DNA of 64,000 nucleotides, from contig OZ260662.1 in NCBI GenBank assembly GCA_965285935.1, forward strand, positions 35,960,001 to 36,024,000, read 5' to 3'. Source of the stretch: Ophelia neglecta. Its lineage: Eukaryota. The notes beneath the pieces are model-generated. The model did no database searches. It saw only the letters and a list, made by a program, of their open reading frames with translations, and had not been told where the DNA came from. Shown here one piece after another: positions 1 through 14,066 of this stretch. The position numbers and the translations under genes are program-made. How positions within the stretch are numbered: the first letter of the stretch is position 1; every line of letters starts with the position of its first letter.

Positions 1-458
1 TATTGAATACTCACTTGCCAATATACCAAAACTATCTGTTGAGAATACAATTTGGAAGCAGGATAATGGACTGTTTCGTCGTACTATTTTTATTTATTTA
101 TTTTCTACCAAGGATCAATGTTTATTGGTAGTAGAAGCTAATACATGTTACTAAACATGGGGTGGGGTCTAGAACACGGGCAGTTTCTGTTCAATCATAA
201 ATAATAGTGCAATAAACCATGGAAATTCTCACACAATATTACGGCCAGTGGGCCTCCCGGAATTAAATTTGTCTATTATTTGACAGATGCTAAAAAAGTG
301 ATACCGAGCAATTGTTATAATAAATATTTGAAGAAATGAGTCGAAACAGAAATAGTCATTGGCCCGTAATACTATACTGGCTGGTATGCTTTGCTCAATG
401 CAGGGCCTATGGTAAAATCGTATAAATTGGTATTATAGTGAATAAGGAAAGTTATTAC

Positions 459-3400
459 CTGGATAACTTGAAATTATTTCCGTTACTTCTTCGATTGTTT
501 TGGCAGCCAGTACGGCCCTGGTGATGAATCGTCGAGCTAGAAATGTTGAAGTGGGTATAATTATCGATGTTATTCTTTGGCTGCAAAATTAACGAATATT
601 AATTTAATGGTTAGCCTGCTTACAGTGGTCCCCTTTTGGTTTTGCCATACACAATTGGTAGTGAATTTTCTCTCTGTCAGTATGGTTCTTTATTATATAC
701 TTACGTATTCCCTGTAGATTGGACTTTTGCTGGAAGAGGAGATTTCCTGTAACCACAAGTCCATGGTAATTAAAGCCAGAAGCGTTTCCGGGGAGACCAC
801 CTAATTAATGTATTTAGAATTGTTAGCTTGGCACTTATTTCGATAAAGAGGGGCTTTTATCGTTATATTAAATGGTTTGAAATAAACTGACTTCTCGATT
901 TATTGCATGATTGTAATGGCTCATTCTTCTAAAATATTCCGACTGTTTTTGTCTACTGGGTATCCAACCTCATTTTCTCATAAAATTATATTCGTCTTAA
1001 TCTTAATTATATTAACCAACCTAATAGCATCTTGTATAAAAGGACGTACTTTCATGGAACAACGAAGACATACAATTATGAAGATTTCTCAATCTTTTTC
1101 ATGTCCATGTGCATTAAATAACCATAAGAAATTGATTACAGCGGAAAAATGATTAAAATTCATCTATGATTGGTTTGCTATCCTGCGGTAATCTGTGTAT
1201 AAGCTCTGTTACCTTTTTGAGCCCTTGTCACATACAGAGGTCAAGTTTTACGGGTCTATATAGATATATGAGTTGGTTAATTTTCGGTCAACACGGGGGC
1301 ACGAACAGAAGAAGTCGTGAATTAAAGAGCATTTCAAACTTCTATTGTGTAACCTAACTTGGGGAGCAGTGTCGGTGAGTTTGATATTATTTATGTGGTG
1401 AGGAATGTTTTAAGTGCGTGTTGTAGTTTAGCGCAATCCACCTATCGTATTGGAGAGCACATTAAGTAAGTTAAATAGTCAAATATCACCGCATGTATAG
1501 GCTACACGTATCAATCCCTTGAGCGGCCAACTATCCCCATCCCCATCTCCACACCCACCCCATCCCCCCAGCCAACCCCCCTTAAGGAGTGCACAGTCAA
1601 GTGAAGTGACCGCATTGTTATCATCCGGATGCATTAATATTTTAGCCACCCAATGGCATTTTAATGTGGCAAAAGTTTTTTATCGGTATATGGAATCACG
1701 AACCTGGGTAAGTGAAAGAGGTGAATTTTTCCTCTTTTTGTCCGTTTTCCTCTGTTGAGACAATGTGCACTTTAAGTATATATCCATCTTCGCTGATCGC
1801 TGGATCCGAGTCTTCAGAATGGGCGAGTATTGCCTACAATTTAAATACGTTTTAAAAGTTATTGTTGTATAATTATAATTAAAATTTCATGTAGAGCATG
1901 TCTTTGATAATTTGTTTCTATATTTGTTTTGTATTAGTTCTATTGTTTTCAAACAGTAGACTTGAATTTAATATTTCCTTTAATTCAGCGATACTTACCG
2001 CATTAGTTGTGTTCAGGTAAAGGGTTGTACATCCTTCACTGGAAACTGGATCAGTAGTATCTGTGTTCTGTATCAACTCGATTTCTATGTGAAGGAGAAA
2101 CAACTGGATTCAAGAAAAGTCACATACTTAAAAATGCATGCTGGTCTGAATGTGAAAGTAATGATCTGCAATAGCACATATTAACGAACGAGGAATGTCT
2201 ACTAATAACGTTACTATATATTCTTACTGTTGTGATTAACTTTCTTTATGGCGATTTCACGAATTTAGAATACACGTAAATCTCGGGGGTTTTAAATACT
2301 CGAAATTGACTACCTGTATAAATTCTACACGTGCGCCATCGGCGATGCCTTGAAGCTCCGAAACATACTGGGGATAGTACTCCTTTGCAGTGGTCAAATA
2401 GGTCTCTACTATTTTACGGCCGTATTCGGTCTGATAAAACGGCAACAGAATGTCTGACAGCGTTCTCAGTTTGACCAGACTATCCTTGATCATTTGTGAG
2501 AAAGCTTCTCCCTGTTCACATACAGAAAAAAAGGAAATGGAAAGATCAGCATTAAACTATATCTGGGTTTGTGTACGTAGCAAGGTTTTGAATACTGTCC
2601 CACAAATCCCCCAGGCCTGCATACACAGTCTGTGAAAGGTGGTAACTAGGTAGGCAGCCCTGATTGTTTCACATTCGTACAAGACATTTGCACACCCTTT
2701 GTGCGAATTACACAATATTTGTTACCTTGACCTTTGACACGGAATCCTAAAACTAATGGCTATAACAGATATTTTTTGGCAAAATTTGAGATCTAGGTCT
2801 TGGGCAACGACCTTTAAAAATAAAAGTTCATGCTTCACAAGGCAGTACGCATATATGTACAAGGTTTTTCAAATTCGAATTAAACACTTACATGCCCAAT
2901 GCAGGAGCCGACAAAAAGATTCCGCAAAATTGAAAAATAACCCAAAGTGACCTTGATCATCCTCCGATCCGTTGGTTTTAATGGAACCCTAAACAAATAT
3001 TGGTGCAAAATTTGAAGACAATTGGGTGTTCCGTTAAAATTTGCTTAAATAGTTTTTTTTTCACGTATAATTGCAAAGCTTGAAGGTCAAGTCCCATTTG
3101 TGTTCCTATATAGGTCGTATAAGGATAGACCAGGTGAAAATGTAACAAGGTACCTGGTTATGGGGTACCTGCAAAATCGTTCAAAGTTCTCGGACTGCAT
3201 GGAATAACCGATTTATTTTACACCTGCCGAGAAGTTTATAGGCCCAACGTTGAGAGGTATCCTTTATTTAGGCTTAGGACAGTTAATGAATTAAAAAGAC
3301 GATAATGTTTTCTAACTTTACATATTTTACCGAAGCCAAGTATTATGTTTGTTTACTGCATTTTCTATGAGTCTGCCCCCCCCCCCCCCCTACATTGAGG

Positions 3401-6271
3401 TCGGGGAATCAAAAATGTTTTTATATAGTCTATCGGAAAGATATACTCGAATGTGCAAATTTAAGACCCTCGAAATGCCGGCTGAAGGTTTAAGTTCTTT
3501 CATTTGTCAAAAGTCATTCTTAATACCAAAGTTCCTCAAAGCAGCCGACATTTTGGTCACTATATTAGTCCACTTGTCACGTTCCTCCATGTTGGTAACC
3601 ATAATCATCAATAGTGCTGTCTAGCTTCTTGATATTTTCTTCATGCATGGTTTGCTTGGTCGTTCTCGTGACGAGGTTCCTGCCATTTTTATCGGCCTTA
3701 TGGAACAACATACCTCGTGATCTGTTTTTTCAAGCAATTTTCGGTCATATATTTTGCCCAAATATCAGGGCCAGACTGTTTTACCTGAAACCTTTCGTTG
3801 TTTCAAGATGTAAAAGCCAATTCCCGATTATGGGTGCACGTATGAACTTGTGCATTTGTAAATCCATTTGCATATATTGCCTGGTTACCTGGAAAAGTGC
3901 TACGTGTGAACCTTTCTTGATCGAATTGCTCCATTTTCCAGTAAGCCTATTCGTTACATGATTGGTTAAGAATCGCCCCTTTGCACATGCTTCATTGATC
4001 TTGATCTTGTCCCATGCCTTGCTCATATTGGATATAAGCACATCTGAGTAAGTATGAAAATGATTTGAGGCTTGTGACTTGATCTGATACCCTGTGAACA
4101 TAAATATCTGCCCTGTTAACAAATTGTTTAACTATTAGAGTTCCATAAAGACCTGTGAAAAAGTACGAGGTCATCCCTGTGCATCTGGAGTTGTTTATTC
4201 CGTCTAATACAAATTGAGGGTAATTACTGCTTTATGACACCGACCAACCTTTACGACTTTGCGTTTATGTCCAGGGTCTGCATCAAGACATTCAAATGCG
4301 TTGACCATCCGTGAACTGGGTAAGAAATCATCAGACGTGAACTGGTAAGAAATCATCAGACGTGAACTGGGTAAGAAATCATCAGACGTGAACTGGTAAG
4401 AAATCATCAAACGTAAACTGTAAGAAATCATCAGACGTGAACTGGGTAAGAAATCATCAGACGTGAACTGGGTAATAAATCATCAGACGTGAACTGGTAA
4501 GAAATCATCAAACGTAAACTGTAAGAAATCATCAGACGTGAACTGGGTTAAAAATCATCAGACGTGAACTGGTAAGATATCATCAGACGTGAACTGGGTA
4601 AGAAATCATCAGACGTGAACTGGGTAAGAAATGACCAGACGTGAACTGGGTCTGAAATCATCAGACGTGTACTGGGTTAGAAATCATCAGACGTGAACTG
4701 GGTTAGAAATCACCAGACGTGAACTGGGTAAGAAATGACCAGACGTGAACTGGGTAAGATATCATCAGACGTAAACTGTAAGAAATCATCAGACTTGAAC
4801 TGGGTAAGATATCATCAGAGGAGCTCGAACCCTGGTCAGCGGCATCACATTTCTTACACGGGAATTGTTAGCTGAATATGTGGAAATTTCGTATATATTT
4901 TCCGCCCGTAGAGGTATTTTCTGATACTTGGAAAGAACAAGATGGCGGGTGATAAGCCAAAACAATTCTGTTTGGTACACACTCAAAATTCCTTATTGTT
5001 GGCGAAAATGGTGCCTGAGTGTGAATCGGCGGTATTGATGTTGGCTGGCAACTAGGGTACCAGCTTAGTGGCAGAATCTGCACTTCGAGTGAAGTATCCT
5101 GAATTCTATCTTCTAGGGTCACTCGGATGCGTTTTCACCAAACTGGCATCTATGACGGACTGATATCACAATACCATGAAGTGTTCTCTTGACATCTGGT
5201 GTGCCTTCATGAAATATATTGTCCACTGGGGCCTGTTGATAATTTATTCTCATTTGTTTTTCCGGATGACAGGTATATATAGGCCTAATCGTTTGCGGCA
5301 GGATTTTGAATCTACAGCTGTTTTTACATTCATGTAAATGTCCGTCTTGCCAACTTGCAGTACCCAGTACATGCTAGCTCTGGAAAATCTTTGTCCCCAT
5401 TTTTATTTTTGCGCGTATAATGGTTTTTGTTTTGTTAACGGGACTTATTTTAAGCCATATAACTTGAGAGAAGCATTGTTATGATTTTGAAATAATGCAA
5501 AGACGTAGTTAGTTTATAGACAGTTTTCTTTTCCATCCAAGTCTTTTTAAGACGTGAAATAAGGAACTTTGGAGAAACTGCTTTTATCAATGGTGGGTCC
5601 TCTTATACTGTATTTAGGCCTTAATATGCAATATAGATGTGGAATGAGCTATCAGATAAATGGATGCTAAATCCTTCTCCAGAATAGACCCCTTTGTCCC
5701 ACCGCTTCAGGGGAAGACTATAGTGACAGCCTACTGCTAATTTTAAACACATGTTTCAAATTAAACTCACATTTCAGCATAACATATTGCAACTCATATA
5801 AAATGGAATAATGAATTCATCATTTGGTTTTAATTGTTCCATAATGGCAGTTTAAAGGCATATATTATTAAGACATGTGTAGCCCGACAAAGGACAAAAT
5901 GACATTGCATGAACAATCAGAACAATTATCACAAGTATTTTATAAGCGAATAATAATTACAGTGAAACCTGGTCTAAAGGGCACCTGAAAATTAAGGGCA
6001 CCTGATAGTTAGAGACAGCTACATTAGGACCCAACAAATCTTTTTATATGTAAAATAACCTTGAAATAAGGGGCACTTTACAAAACAGGGCACTTTACCA
6101 CAGTTTCTTGCATGTCCCTAATTTCCAGGTTTCACTGTATTACCACCAATTAGAAAGAAACCCGACCCTCATATACACATAGTATTGTACAAGTTTCAAA
6201 CAACTAACCGTGGCTTTTCCAACTTCATAATTCGTGCCTTGTACATGCAAGACTGGAAGGTTCGAGGTCAT
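459..6271 (-). CDS. Peptidase C45 / N-terminal-nucleophile hydrolase, tan-like (beta-alanyl-dopamine/carcinine hydrolase family); 3' end not resolved, probably continues past the left edge
   Basis: Phase-consistent GT-AG exons 6271-6209, 2511-2314, 2103-1999, 1833-1704, 800-705, 536-459 give MTSNLPVLHVQGTNYEVGKATGEAFSQMI...YYPQYVSELQGIADGARVEF...SSEGCTT...ILAHSEDS...FTSFTYPGGLPGNASGFNYHGLVV...PRRFITRAVLAAK. These match C45 motifs, including the G-C autoprocessing site and the AHxED motif. Confidence 0.85.
4305..4818. repeat. Minisatellite, ~20 copies of a 24-26 bp unit (consensus AGACGTGAACTGGGTAAGAAATCATC) in intron 1 of the C45 gene
   Basis: Tandem array directly visible. A shorter variant (CGTAAACTGTAAGAAATC) recurs at ~4412, ~4513 and ~4770. 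Confidence 0.95.
5960..6137. mobile_element. MITE of Tc1/mariner-pogo type
   Basis: Terminal inverted repeats CAGTGAAACCTGG...CCAGGTTTCACTG, flanked on both sides by TA (5958-5959, 6138-6139); 178 bp, non-coding. Confidence 0.85.
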
Positions 6272-6653
6272 CCTGGCACACTAGTCATAGAGGGACAGTG
6301 AACTTAAATTCCTGCAGTGTGCAGAATGAACCGTGCACACTCGAATAACTAACTGGTTAGGATAGGTGACAAGTATTGCTTTTTGCTTAGTGCAGTCACG
6401 GTAGACAGTATGATAGTGTTAGTCGTGATAGGTACACTGTTTGCATAATATATTCATGAAATTATAGACATAGCCTATTTAAGGGGAGTGCGGGACAAAA
6501 CGGGACGCCGGGCAGAAATGAACATGTTGCAACGCCTGTTTGGCCAAATTTTAAGAGCTGTCTATTTTTCTTTAACATTACAATAGGTACACACGAAACG
6601 TATTGAAAAAAAGCTATTCTCGTGATAATGCGAATTTACGTTGGGTGTTTTTG

Positions 6654-7023
6654 CAGAGGCGTAGGAAGGAAAATCAAAGTAAGGGGGCCAACTTTACATC
6701 AGCGGCATGAAAAGCGGGGGGGGGGGGGGGGGGAGGGGCAAAACATATGATGGCCCCCCACTTTTTAAGTGGAGGGGGGCATGCCCCCCCCCCCCCCCCC
6801 GCTTCCTACGCCACTGTACATTGCTTTTTACATACCAAAATCATTGAATAAATTCATTGAGGAAGGACGCTTCTGACCACTGCTGCATTACATCATTTAG
6901 AGAGGGCAAAAAGTGAGAGGGTCATCATTAAAAAGTGGGGGGCCAAAACATATGATGCCCCCCCCCCACTTTTTTAAGTGGGGGGCCATGGACCCCCCGG
7001 CCCCCCCGCTTCCTACGCCACTG
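6654..7023. mobile_element. G/C-run-rich MITE (full copy 6654-6816 plus a second 3'-half copy ending at 7023)
   Basis: TIRs CAGAGGCGTAGGAAG...CTTCCTACGCCACTG. The same family occurs in reverse orientation at 42357-42497. No clear target-site duplication. Confidence 0.8.
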
Positions 7024-7649
7024 ATTTGGCCCGCTTTCCCATAATAAAATGCATTACAATGTAATCAAGGGTCTCTCTCCACTCGAATTCGGCAATTCAT
7101 AGAGATGTTTGGCAAGGTATCGATTATTAAACTAACCTTTTAATGACACTCGCTATCACAGCACTATAATCCGCTATAATGCAGACACTATACACACTCG
7201 TAACGCTCTACATCAGAATGAATGATAAGATCAGTCAATAAAAAAAACTAGAATTGCTGTTTCTATCAAAAGGATATAGCTTTGCCAGGCATTAACTTTG
7301 ATAAGAGGTAAATAACAAATAAAATGGCTGAGTGGTAAGAACGGCCGGCAGACACTTCTACCTACTGTGATCAGTTGTAAGATGGATGTTATGAACGAAA
7401 TTTAATTTGTATTTGGTATTTTTAAGTTTTAAATGTAAAGAATTCAACTGGTACAGATTCCCATCCATAATACCCCCCCCCCTCCTGGGAATTTTGAAGA
7501 TAATATTTTAAATAATTTTCAACAGTCGAATTGTGTTCATTATTGAAATTTAGCAAATTGGATGAAGGCACAAAACTACAATTTGAGAAAAAAAAAGCGG
7601 TCACCAGGCTATCTTTTCAATAGTACGGGTTTTTTTTTGTCAATGATGT

Positions 7650-9185
7650 CACTATATAAACAACCATAGCATGCACGTCGGCCGATGCATTGGCTCACTG
7701 CTGTCTGATTTCTTCTCACAGTAGAGTTAATAATGAGAAGAGCCCGTAAGTATTCTGTTGCCCTTTCGCTATAATCCAGGTTTGAAGATATGCAGATTAT
7801 GCTACGGTCATATCATTGGGATCATTGGTTGCCATGGCCACCACACTCCTTTTTGCTGTGAAGTTAAAAGGAGATAACTTTGCATATACTAAGTAGACAG
7901 TATCAAATCTAGCAAGTCAGAACTGTGGTTCTTATGCAGGAAACTTATAGGCCTGTAATGCTAGGTATGCAGAAATAGCATGCATTATCGATTCAACATT
8001 AAATTAGAGGAAGGTACTTTTAGTTTAAACTTATTGTATTTCCTCGCAGTTTATCCAATAGATATTTGTATGAAAATGTGCAATGTCATGCACATGTCAT
8101 ATCTAACATGTCTTTGTTTGGGTACTAATACCTCTCATGGGCAGCCCTACGTCATCAAAATTTAATGCTGGGCTGTTACGCAGTTGTACTTGCATTTACT
8201 GGGAGAATGCAATTTTGAGAAAATGTGTTTACTTCATTTAACATGCTTCGAAATCCATATGGCCCATGCAATCTTATATTCCGTGCCGTGAAATCCGCTT
8301 GGTTCAATAGCTAAGACAGTTCATGCATACATGAAGTCTATTAGAGTTGTTTTGAAATACCCGATCACTGCAGTTTTTCATTATATGCCTATTGGAGCAA
8401 AATATATAGCTCAATAAAACGCTGAATAAAAGCAATATTAAATTGACGTTTGCATTTAATATCACACTTAAGTTTGTATCTAATAAAAGAAGCAAGGTAT
8501 TTAACACTAATCATCTTTCCGCATAAAAAGAGTGTGTTCAAGAATATACGTGGCATTGTGTGAAATAGCAACAGAGATTAATATCATTTGAAGCACATAA
8601 TCATTTTACTCGTGAATCTTTTGAGTAAGTGGGAGGACGCTGACAATTAAGTTTCATCTGTTGAATTTTATTGAAACCATGACGGTAGACTCAGAGGTAG
8701 ACAGACGTTTTGGCAACTTACATTACACGATTGTCCAAGCTACTGGACCTTAAAACGTTTGACCTCAAAAAATGGGCTTCAATCTGCGGATACACCAGTC
8801 CTATGTGCGAGATGTTTTTGTTACATTCCTAAAGATTATGTCAGTTCCTCAAAATTGCAAGGATATAGATGGATGCATAGAATGTGTCAAGAAATGGAAT
8901 TTGTCATTTCTCAAGAAAAGCTAAAGCTTAAACGAGATTTGATAGATCCTGGAGGTGTTGTTGCACGAGGATGCCATTTGGCATACGCCCACCTGGAAAC
9001 TTAACAGTTATGTTCCAACTTCCGCATACATGTATACATAAACTGAATGGATTGAAAAATGATGAATACCTCAGTAATTAAAACGACAGTCCATGTGACG
9101 AAACTGTTTCAGAACGCGTGTCATTTAATTATGAGAGAAATGGACATGGAATTTCCACCAGAAAAATGTTACTTGAGTGATTTAT
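7650..9185 (+). pseudogene. Possible decayed type II membrane carbohydrate sulfotransferase-like gene
   Basis: TATA-like tatataaa at ~7653. A hydrophobic stretch YATVISLGSLVAMATTLLFAVKL lies at ~7800-7866. Broken frames at 8640-9185 give ILEVLLHEDAIWHTP (compare the sulfotransferase xRYEDLxxxP motif) and WIEK..NTSVIK..LFQNACHLIMREMDM (compare the C-terminal W...Q..C...M..L motif). Multiple stops and frameshifts. Confidence 0.3.
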
Positions 9186-10209
9186 ATATATATCATTTCG
9201 ATGTATGCTGATTTTATTCATATTATGTAGGTTTTTGCTTATGATCCGTATCTGTACCTGTTTTGCTCTATGTCTGAAATGTCTGTTTCTGTCAATGTGC
9301 TTGGTAGTATTGTTTTCGATTTTCCTGGCTATTACTCGATAAGTAATATGTGGCCAGCGCCAAACAGATTGAAGTTACTGCTGGCGTCCGGTTGTATATA
9401 TTGCTCCCTATTACCGTTTTCTTATTACACTGTTTAAATGAATATGCTGGAAATAAATCAAACTGCATCTCTTATTGATACTTATTTCTACTCTCTCTGT
9501 CACACACCCCTAAAAACTGGAATACCCCCGCCTAATTTATGAAATAAATTATTACCCCCACTCTGTTATAAGGTAGTTTGAGCTCTACAACTACTAGTCA
9601 GACAGGGACCTCTTTGATATATTCTGTTATCTGCCGGTGCCCAGCATAAATAACTATGTTTTATTCCATAAATAAAATCATCAAAAATTTGCCTCCTATT
9701 TTATTTTCAAAATAACCATTGGCATAACAAAACATGTAAAAACATTAAGGAACAATAATAGCTAGCGTTTCTTACGTGAGCTTAGTACTTTACAATGTCC
9801 ATTTCACACGTATAACTTTAATAACAATAATTACAAGTTTATTTGCCATAAACGACAGCAAAACAAGTGACATACAAAACAAACATTAACATGAGCTGGG
9901 CTATTTTAAGTGTGCTTTGAATACTTAACGAGGTCCATCACAAACATTACAACTTTATAACACAAATGTTTGCATTGTCTAAAAGGGCCTAAAGTTCTAA
10001 TCGAAGTCAATCACCCAAATATCACTTTTTAATACTGGGGTGAACTCTGATCTAAAGTCCAGAAATTCAACAGAACCACTCGAAAATTTAATATGGTCAA
10101 ACAAAAACTAGTCCCGGCATTTCGGTTTCTGGTATTCTCTATTGTTACCTTACATAGCTGCATTACTAATGTCCCCTGTTTCTAAATGTCATTGAGTTCA
10201 ATAGGCTGC

Positions 10210-10628
10210 CACACATGAGATATAAATACCTCCAATTGGAATATACATAAATATGTCCTCACAAAAATCTGCTTCTCGTCACGACATGTTTGTCCTTAAT
10301 AAGCGCGGTTTTCATATCCTTTTAATGTGTTTCAGCGTTTGCAATTGCCCACAAAATAAATTAAAAACGAGCATTATATATATATATAAGTTCAAAACAC
10401 CAGTTTAAAAAGCACTAGAGTATCAATCGACACAGTGTACTACATTATTGAACCGTGGTGAGATCCCCTTACCTCCAGTTCTAACCATTTTCACCCTCAG
10501 TATATATACTATAGGTGGGCAGTCTACGGCGCAGGGTTAAATACGTTTGAGCGTGATGGGAGAACAACCATAATACAATAGGTTCAAACTGATGTTTTTA
10601 AAAGCGCCTAGCCAGCAGTATCAGTTAC
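10210..10628 (+). repeat. Dispersed direct repeat, copy 1 (copy 2 at 26720-27285)
   Basis: Colinear shared blocks, e.g. acacatgaga..caattggaatatacat..ctcgtcacgacatgt, cactagagtatcaa.cgacacagtgtacta, tactataggtggg.agtctacggcgcagggtta. Confidence 0.85.
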
Positions 10629-12371
10629 TAAACGGACACTCGGGGATTCCAAGACAAAAGCCAAGTATGCACCTTTTTCCATGGGAGTTCTTTCATACCA
10701 GACATAATTAATGATGGCTGAATTATTTCAAGGGCAGTTGATTAACTCCGACAGGGTTTATTGAATGAGACTTAATATTGTGTCGTTTTACTTGTAGTTT
10801 TGGTTCTCAGAATTTATCTTTAAACAGGGCATTCAAGTCCCTGCTGTCAGCCTCTCATATCGATATATAAAGGTCCTTCTCTGTGTTTTATCGTATATAT
10901 GAGCAGCAGTTGAGCTTTCATTCTTTTGTGTATGAAGGAATTAAGAAAGACTCTTTTTCTCGTTTTTTTCTTTTACTGTAAATTTTTGACAATACCATTT
11001 TCTATGTACAAATATTATCCAAGATTGACTTACTTCGCATTCTTTTTTAATATATTCCTGTCTGATAGATTAAATGACTTTTAACAAGTCGTTAAATAAA
11101 TTCAAACAGACCGACAATTCATGGGCAAAGGGCAATTGGTGTATCTGTAACTCTTCAGCTAAGGCAGATGAAACAGTATTATGCGCCTACTCAGAAGGTC
11201 TATTTGTTTGATGCACTTACTCTTTCATTCAATGGAGGTCTCTGTTAGTTTTACTTTGTATAAGAGCATATAGCATCGCGTATAGGTACGTTATTGGTTT
11301 TTTCCTTCGCAAAGCACTACCTCCGCAGTGGGTAGCAGTAGCATATTAGAAATAAACTAATTATTCTTATATAACTACTATACTTTATTTGTACAATGCC
11401 ATTTGATTTTGAATTAAAGACCATTCGTGTAATATTAAAGTGATTTTAAATCGAATATCTATATATATCAAAAAACAGAAGAATTCACACATTGTTGTTT
11501 GATTTGATGATGGTGGTTATTGTATTTCTGTGATGAAACGTCAAATTTTTAATTTATCTTTTAATTGGTTCGCTCAAATGTAAATCATGACTAAAGTTGG
11601 CTTCCATTTTGCTCCCGCTTAGCTCGATAATTTAAGATATGTAGAGCCCATGGTATGATGCATTAACTTGCTTTATTATGATGATAAAATGGATAATTTT
11701 ACTGGAAGTGTATGCCAGACACAGCATATTGGTCGTGGAGGTCACATCTTTATTACAGGCCAATGTGTTAATTTTCGTGGCAGGCCGTGAAAATTTATGT
11801 ATAGGAGTAACTGTAAATAAAGATATCTTTATATTGACTAACATAATGCCCACACTGCGCTATTACCTTTAAACTATTCATAATAATCCAAGGGCTTTCA
11901 ATGTGGAAACAGGATTAAAGTTAAATAGAAAAGCCTATCCTAACCCACGTGAGGTCCTGCTCCCAGTGCAGAGCCATCAACACCGCCGAATACTGAGACC
12001 CGCATGCGTCGGAGATGATATACAAACATACGTTTAAAACAAGGTTTTTATCAATTTCAAATGTTCGCGATTCAGGTTTTGCCAATTTTTGCAACTATAT
12101 ACGACTAGCGGGGACCCGCCTAGAGATTTAATTGTAACTTGTAATTCTTGGGATGAAAACAAGATTGGGTTCCGCAGTTGAACGGTTTACAAATAATGGA
12201 AACTGAAAACCTTCGATGTGTTTAATTTTGTTTAGAATCAGGTTATGTACATCATGCGTATTTTATTATATAAGCATATATCTTGAAGACAATCAATCAA
12301 TATCTTATCCTAACCGGAAGGTTAAGAAAAGTGTCTTTCTTTAACTTGTCAATTATAGCACAGGTCGGTGT

Positions 12372-14066
12372 TTAATCTCGATCCCACGAAAACTTATAGA
12401 GATGGCCACCAGACATTCTCGTTTTAGCGTCCGAGATTTTGTACATTATAGTGTGTATACCAAATACCTGAAGAAGAAAAACACAATATAGTAAAAGAAG
12501 TGAAGAAATAAATCATTGGGCCAAACTCCGAATTCATGTGTGCTGGGCAATGTCTATCAGCGAAAAGTGGCAAATTGTTTAACTTGGTTATGGTCCAGTA
12601 GTTAGGTTTCAGGATGTACTTAATGTTTTTTTTATTGATTTCCCAAGTCAGAACTGTGTTACAGGTCGATGTCAACCCTAGTAAAACGCAGGCCATGATT
12701 GAGTATATTTTAATGGAATCAGTTTATTCATTCAATATGAAAAAACAACAACTTGGGAGCTGGTTCGGTCAGCATATACTGTTTACAACACAGAAACAAA
12801 ATCATGACAAAAATACTACCTAATAATAATAAGCGTACATGTACCTAAATGAAGATATATTCGGTATATACTTGCCTTGGCCTTATATAGTGTTAAATCA
12901 TTGGTTTCCAGATCGCTGGCATAAAACGAGGCCCTCACAGGCGTTTGTGAATCTTGGATCTCAACAACCGGCTTCCAATGGCCAGCATCAGTCTTTCTTA
13001 GCAGTTCTATAGCCTTCCACCAGCTAACAGGCGCCCGGAGTTTCAACTCAATCTTATAAATATAAAGAAGGAAATTGCTGTGGAAGAAATACATACCGAT
13101 ATGCATTGTATATATCTGTTTACCGACACATTTTGGCAAGTATTACCCATAAATACATACACGGTGTACTATATCGGCCACCGTACACAGACTTTATTGC
13201 ATTCAACCCACAATGAATACGTTTACAGTCGATGTAAAGACCTTAAAGAAAACCTATTAGGCCTACTTACAAGTTGACTGTATCATAGACCTTCGTAAAG
13301 AAAATGACCATTCTCGAAACGGCCTTTATTAAACTCAGTGATAAATCACCCTTTCTTGCCAGGGACTAGAGCCCACGGGACATTCCAAATTTAGTTCGAC
13401 ATTTTATGCTAAGTTTGAACGATCGTATTTACATAGATCCGGTTTGACTCTCCGTAGTTCTCAACCGTCATCTTAACCACATCTCCGTCGCCAAGTGTCC
13501 TACCTTGCAGGAGTTGGTCAACTGTCACCCAGTGCCATGCATCTGGAAAAAAATGAGGTACCATAAAATCTTATAATCGTTGTGTCATTATTAAAAATGG
13601 GATATCTACTGACTTGCACTGAACACAAAAACACAATTATCATGTGTCGAATAACAGCACGATACTGAATAGACACCAAAAAGGAATATAGGTGAAACTA
13701 CAAGTTCTATGATAATCAAAGTCCAAATATCTCCACCACGTGTAACATCAAACAAGTTATTTCCAAACTTCGCATATGTATTTACTTTGAACTACATCGA
13801 ACTACTTTTTCAAAGTCAGAACTGTTAGTATATATAATGTAATTGTTTCAAAAACATGTTGATGTGCAAAGTTCTACATTCTAACCAACTGACAAAAATT
13901 ACCGTGGACCAAACGACGTTCTTTAGACTAGATGTTTACCCAACTACGTTTAAACAATATAAATCTGCCATTTTTATAATGATTGAGATAGTGAAGGTTT
14001 ACTCTTACCTGACAGGCGTGTTCCAGCTAACAGCAGAACTACGCAACACATCAAGCGCTGTTCCAT
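12372..14066 (-). CDS. Unassigned secreted protein, paralogue A (146 aa)
   Basis: Exons 14066-14009, 13542-13433, 13052-12876 (GC donor), 12467-12372: MEQRLMCCVVLLLAGTRLSDAWHWVTVDQLLQGRTLGDGDVVKMTVENYGESNRIYIELKLRAPVSWWKAIELLRKTDAGHWKPVVEIQDSQTPVRASFYASDLETNDLTLYKAKVFGIHTIMYKISDAKTRMSGGHLYKFSWDRD*. Exon sizes and phases mirror paralogue B. Confidence 0.85.

Noticed and set aside
4305-4818. CRISPR-like array
   Set aside because: Units are head-to-tail with no unique spacers, there are no cas genes, and the context is a eukaryotic intron; it is a minisatellite.
7323-7390. tRNA gene (TGGCTGAGTGGT A-box-like)
   Set aside because: No B-box/T-arm or cloverleaf follows; at most a SINE-head remnant.
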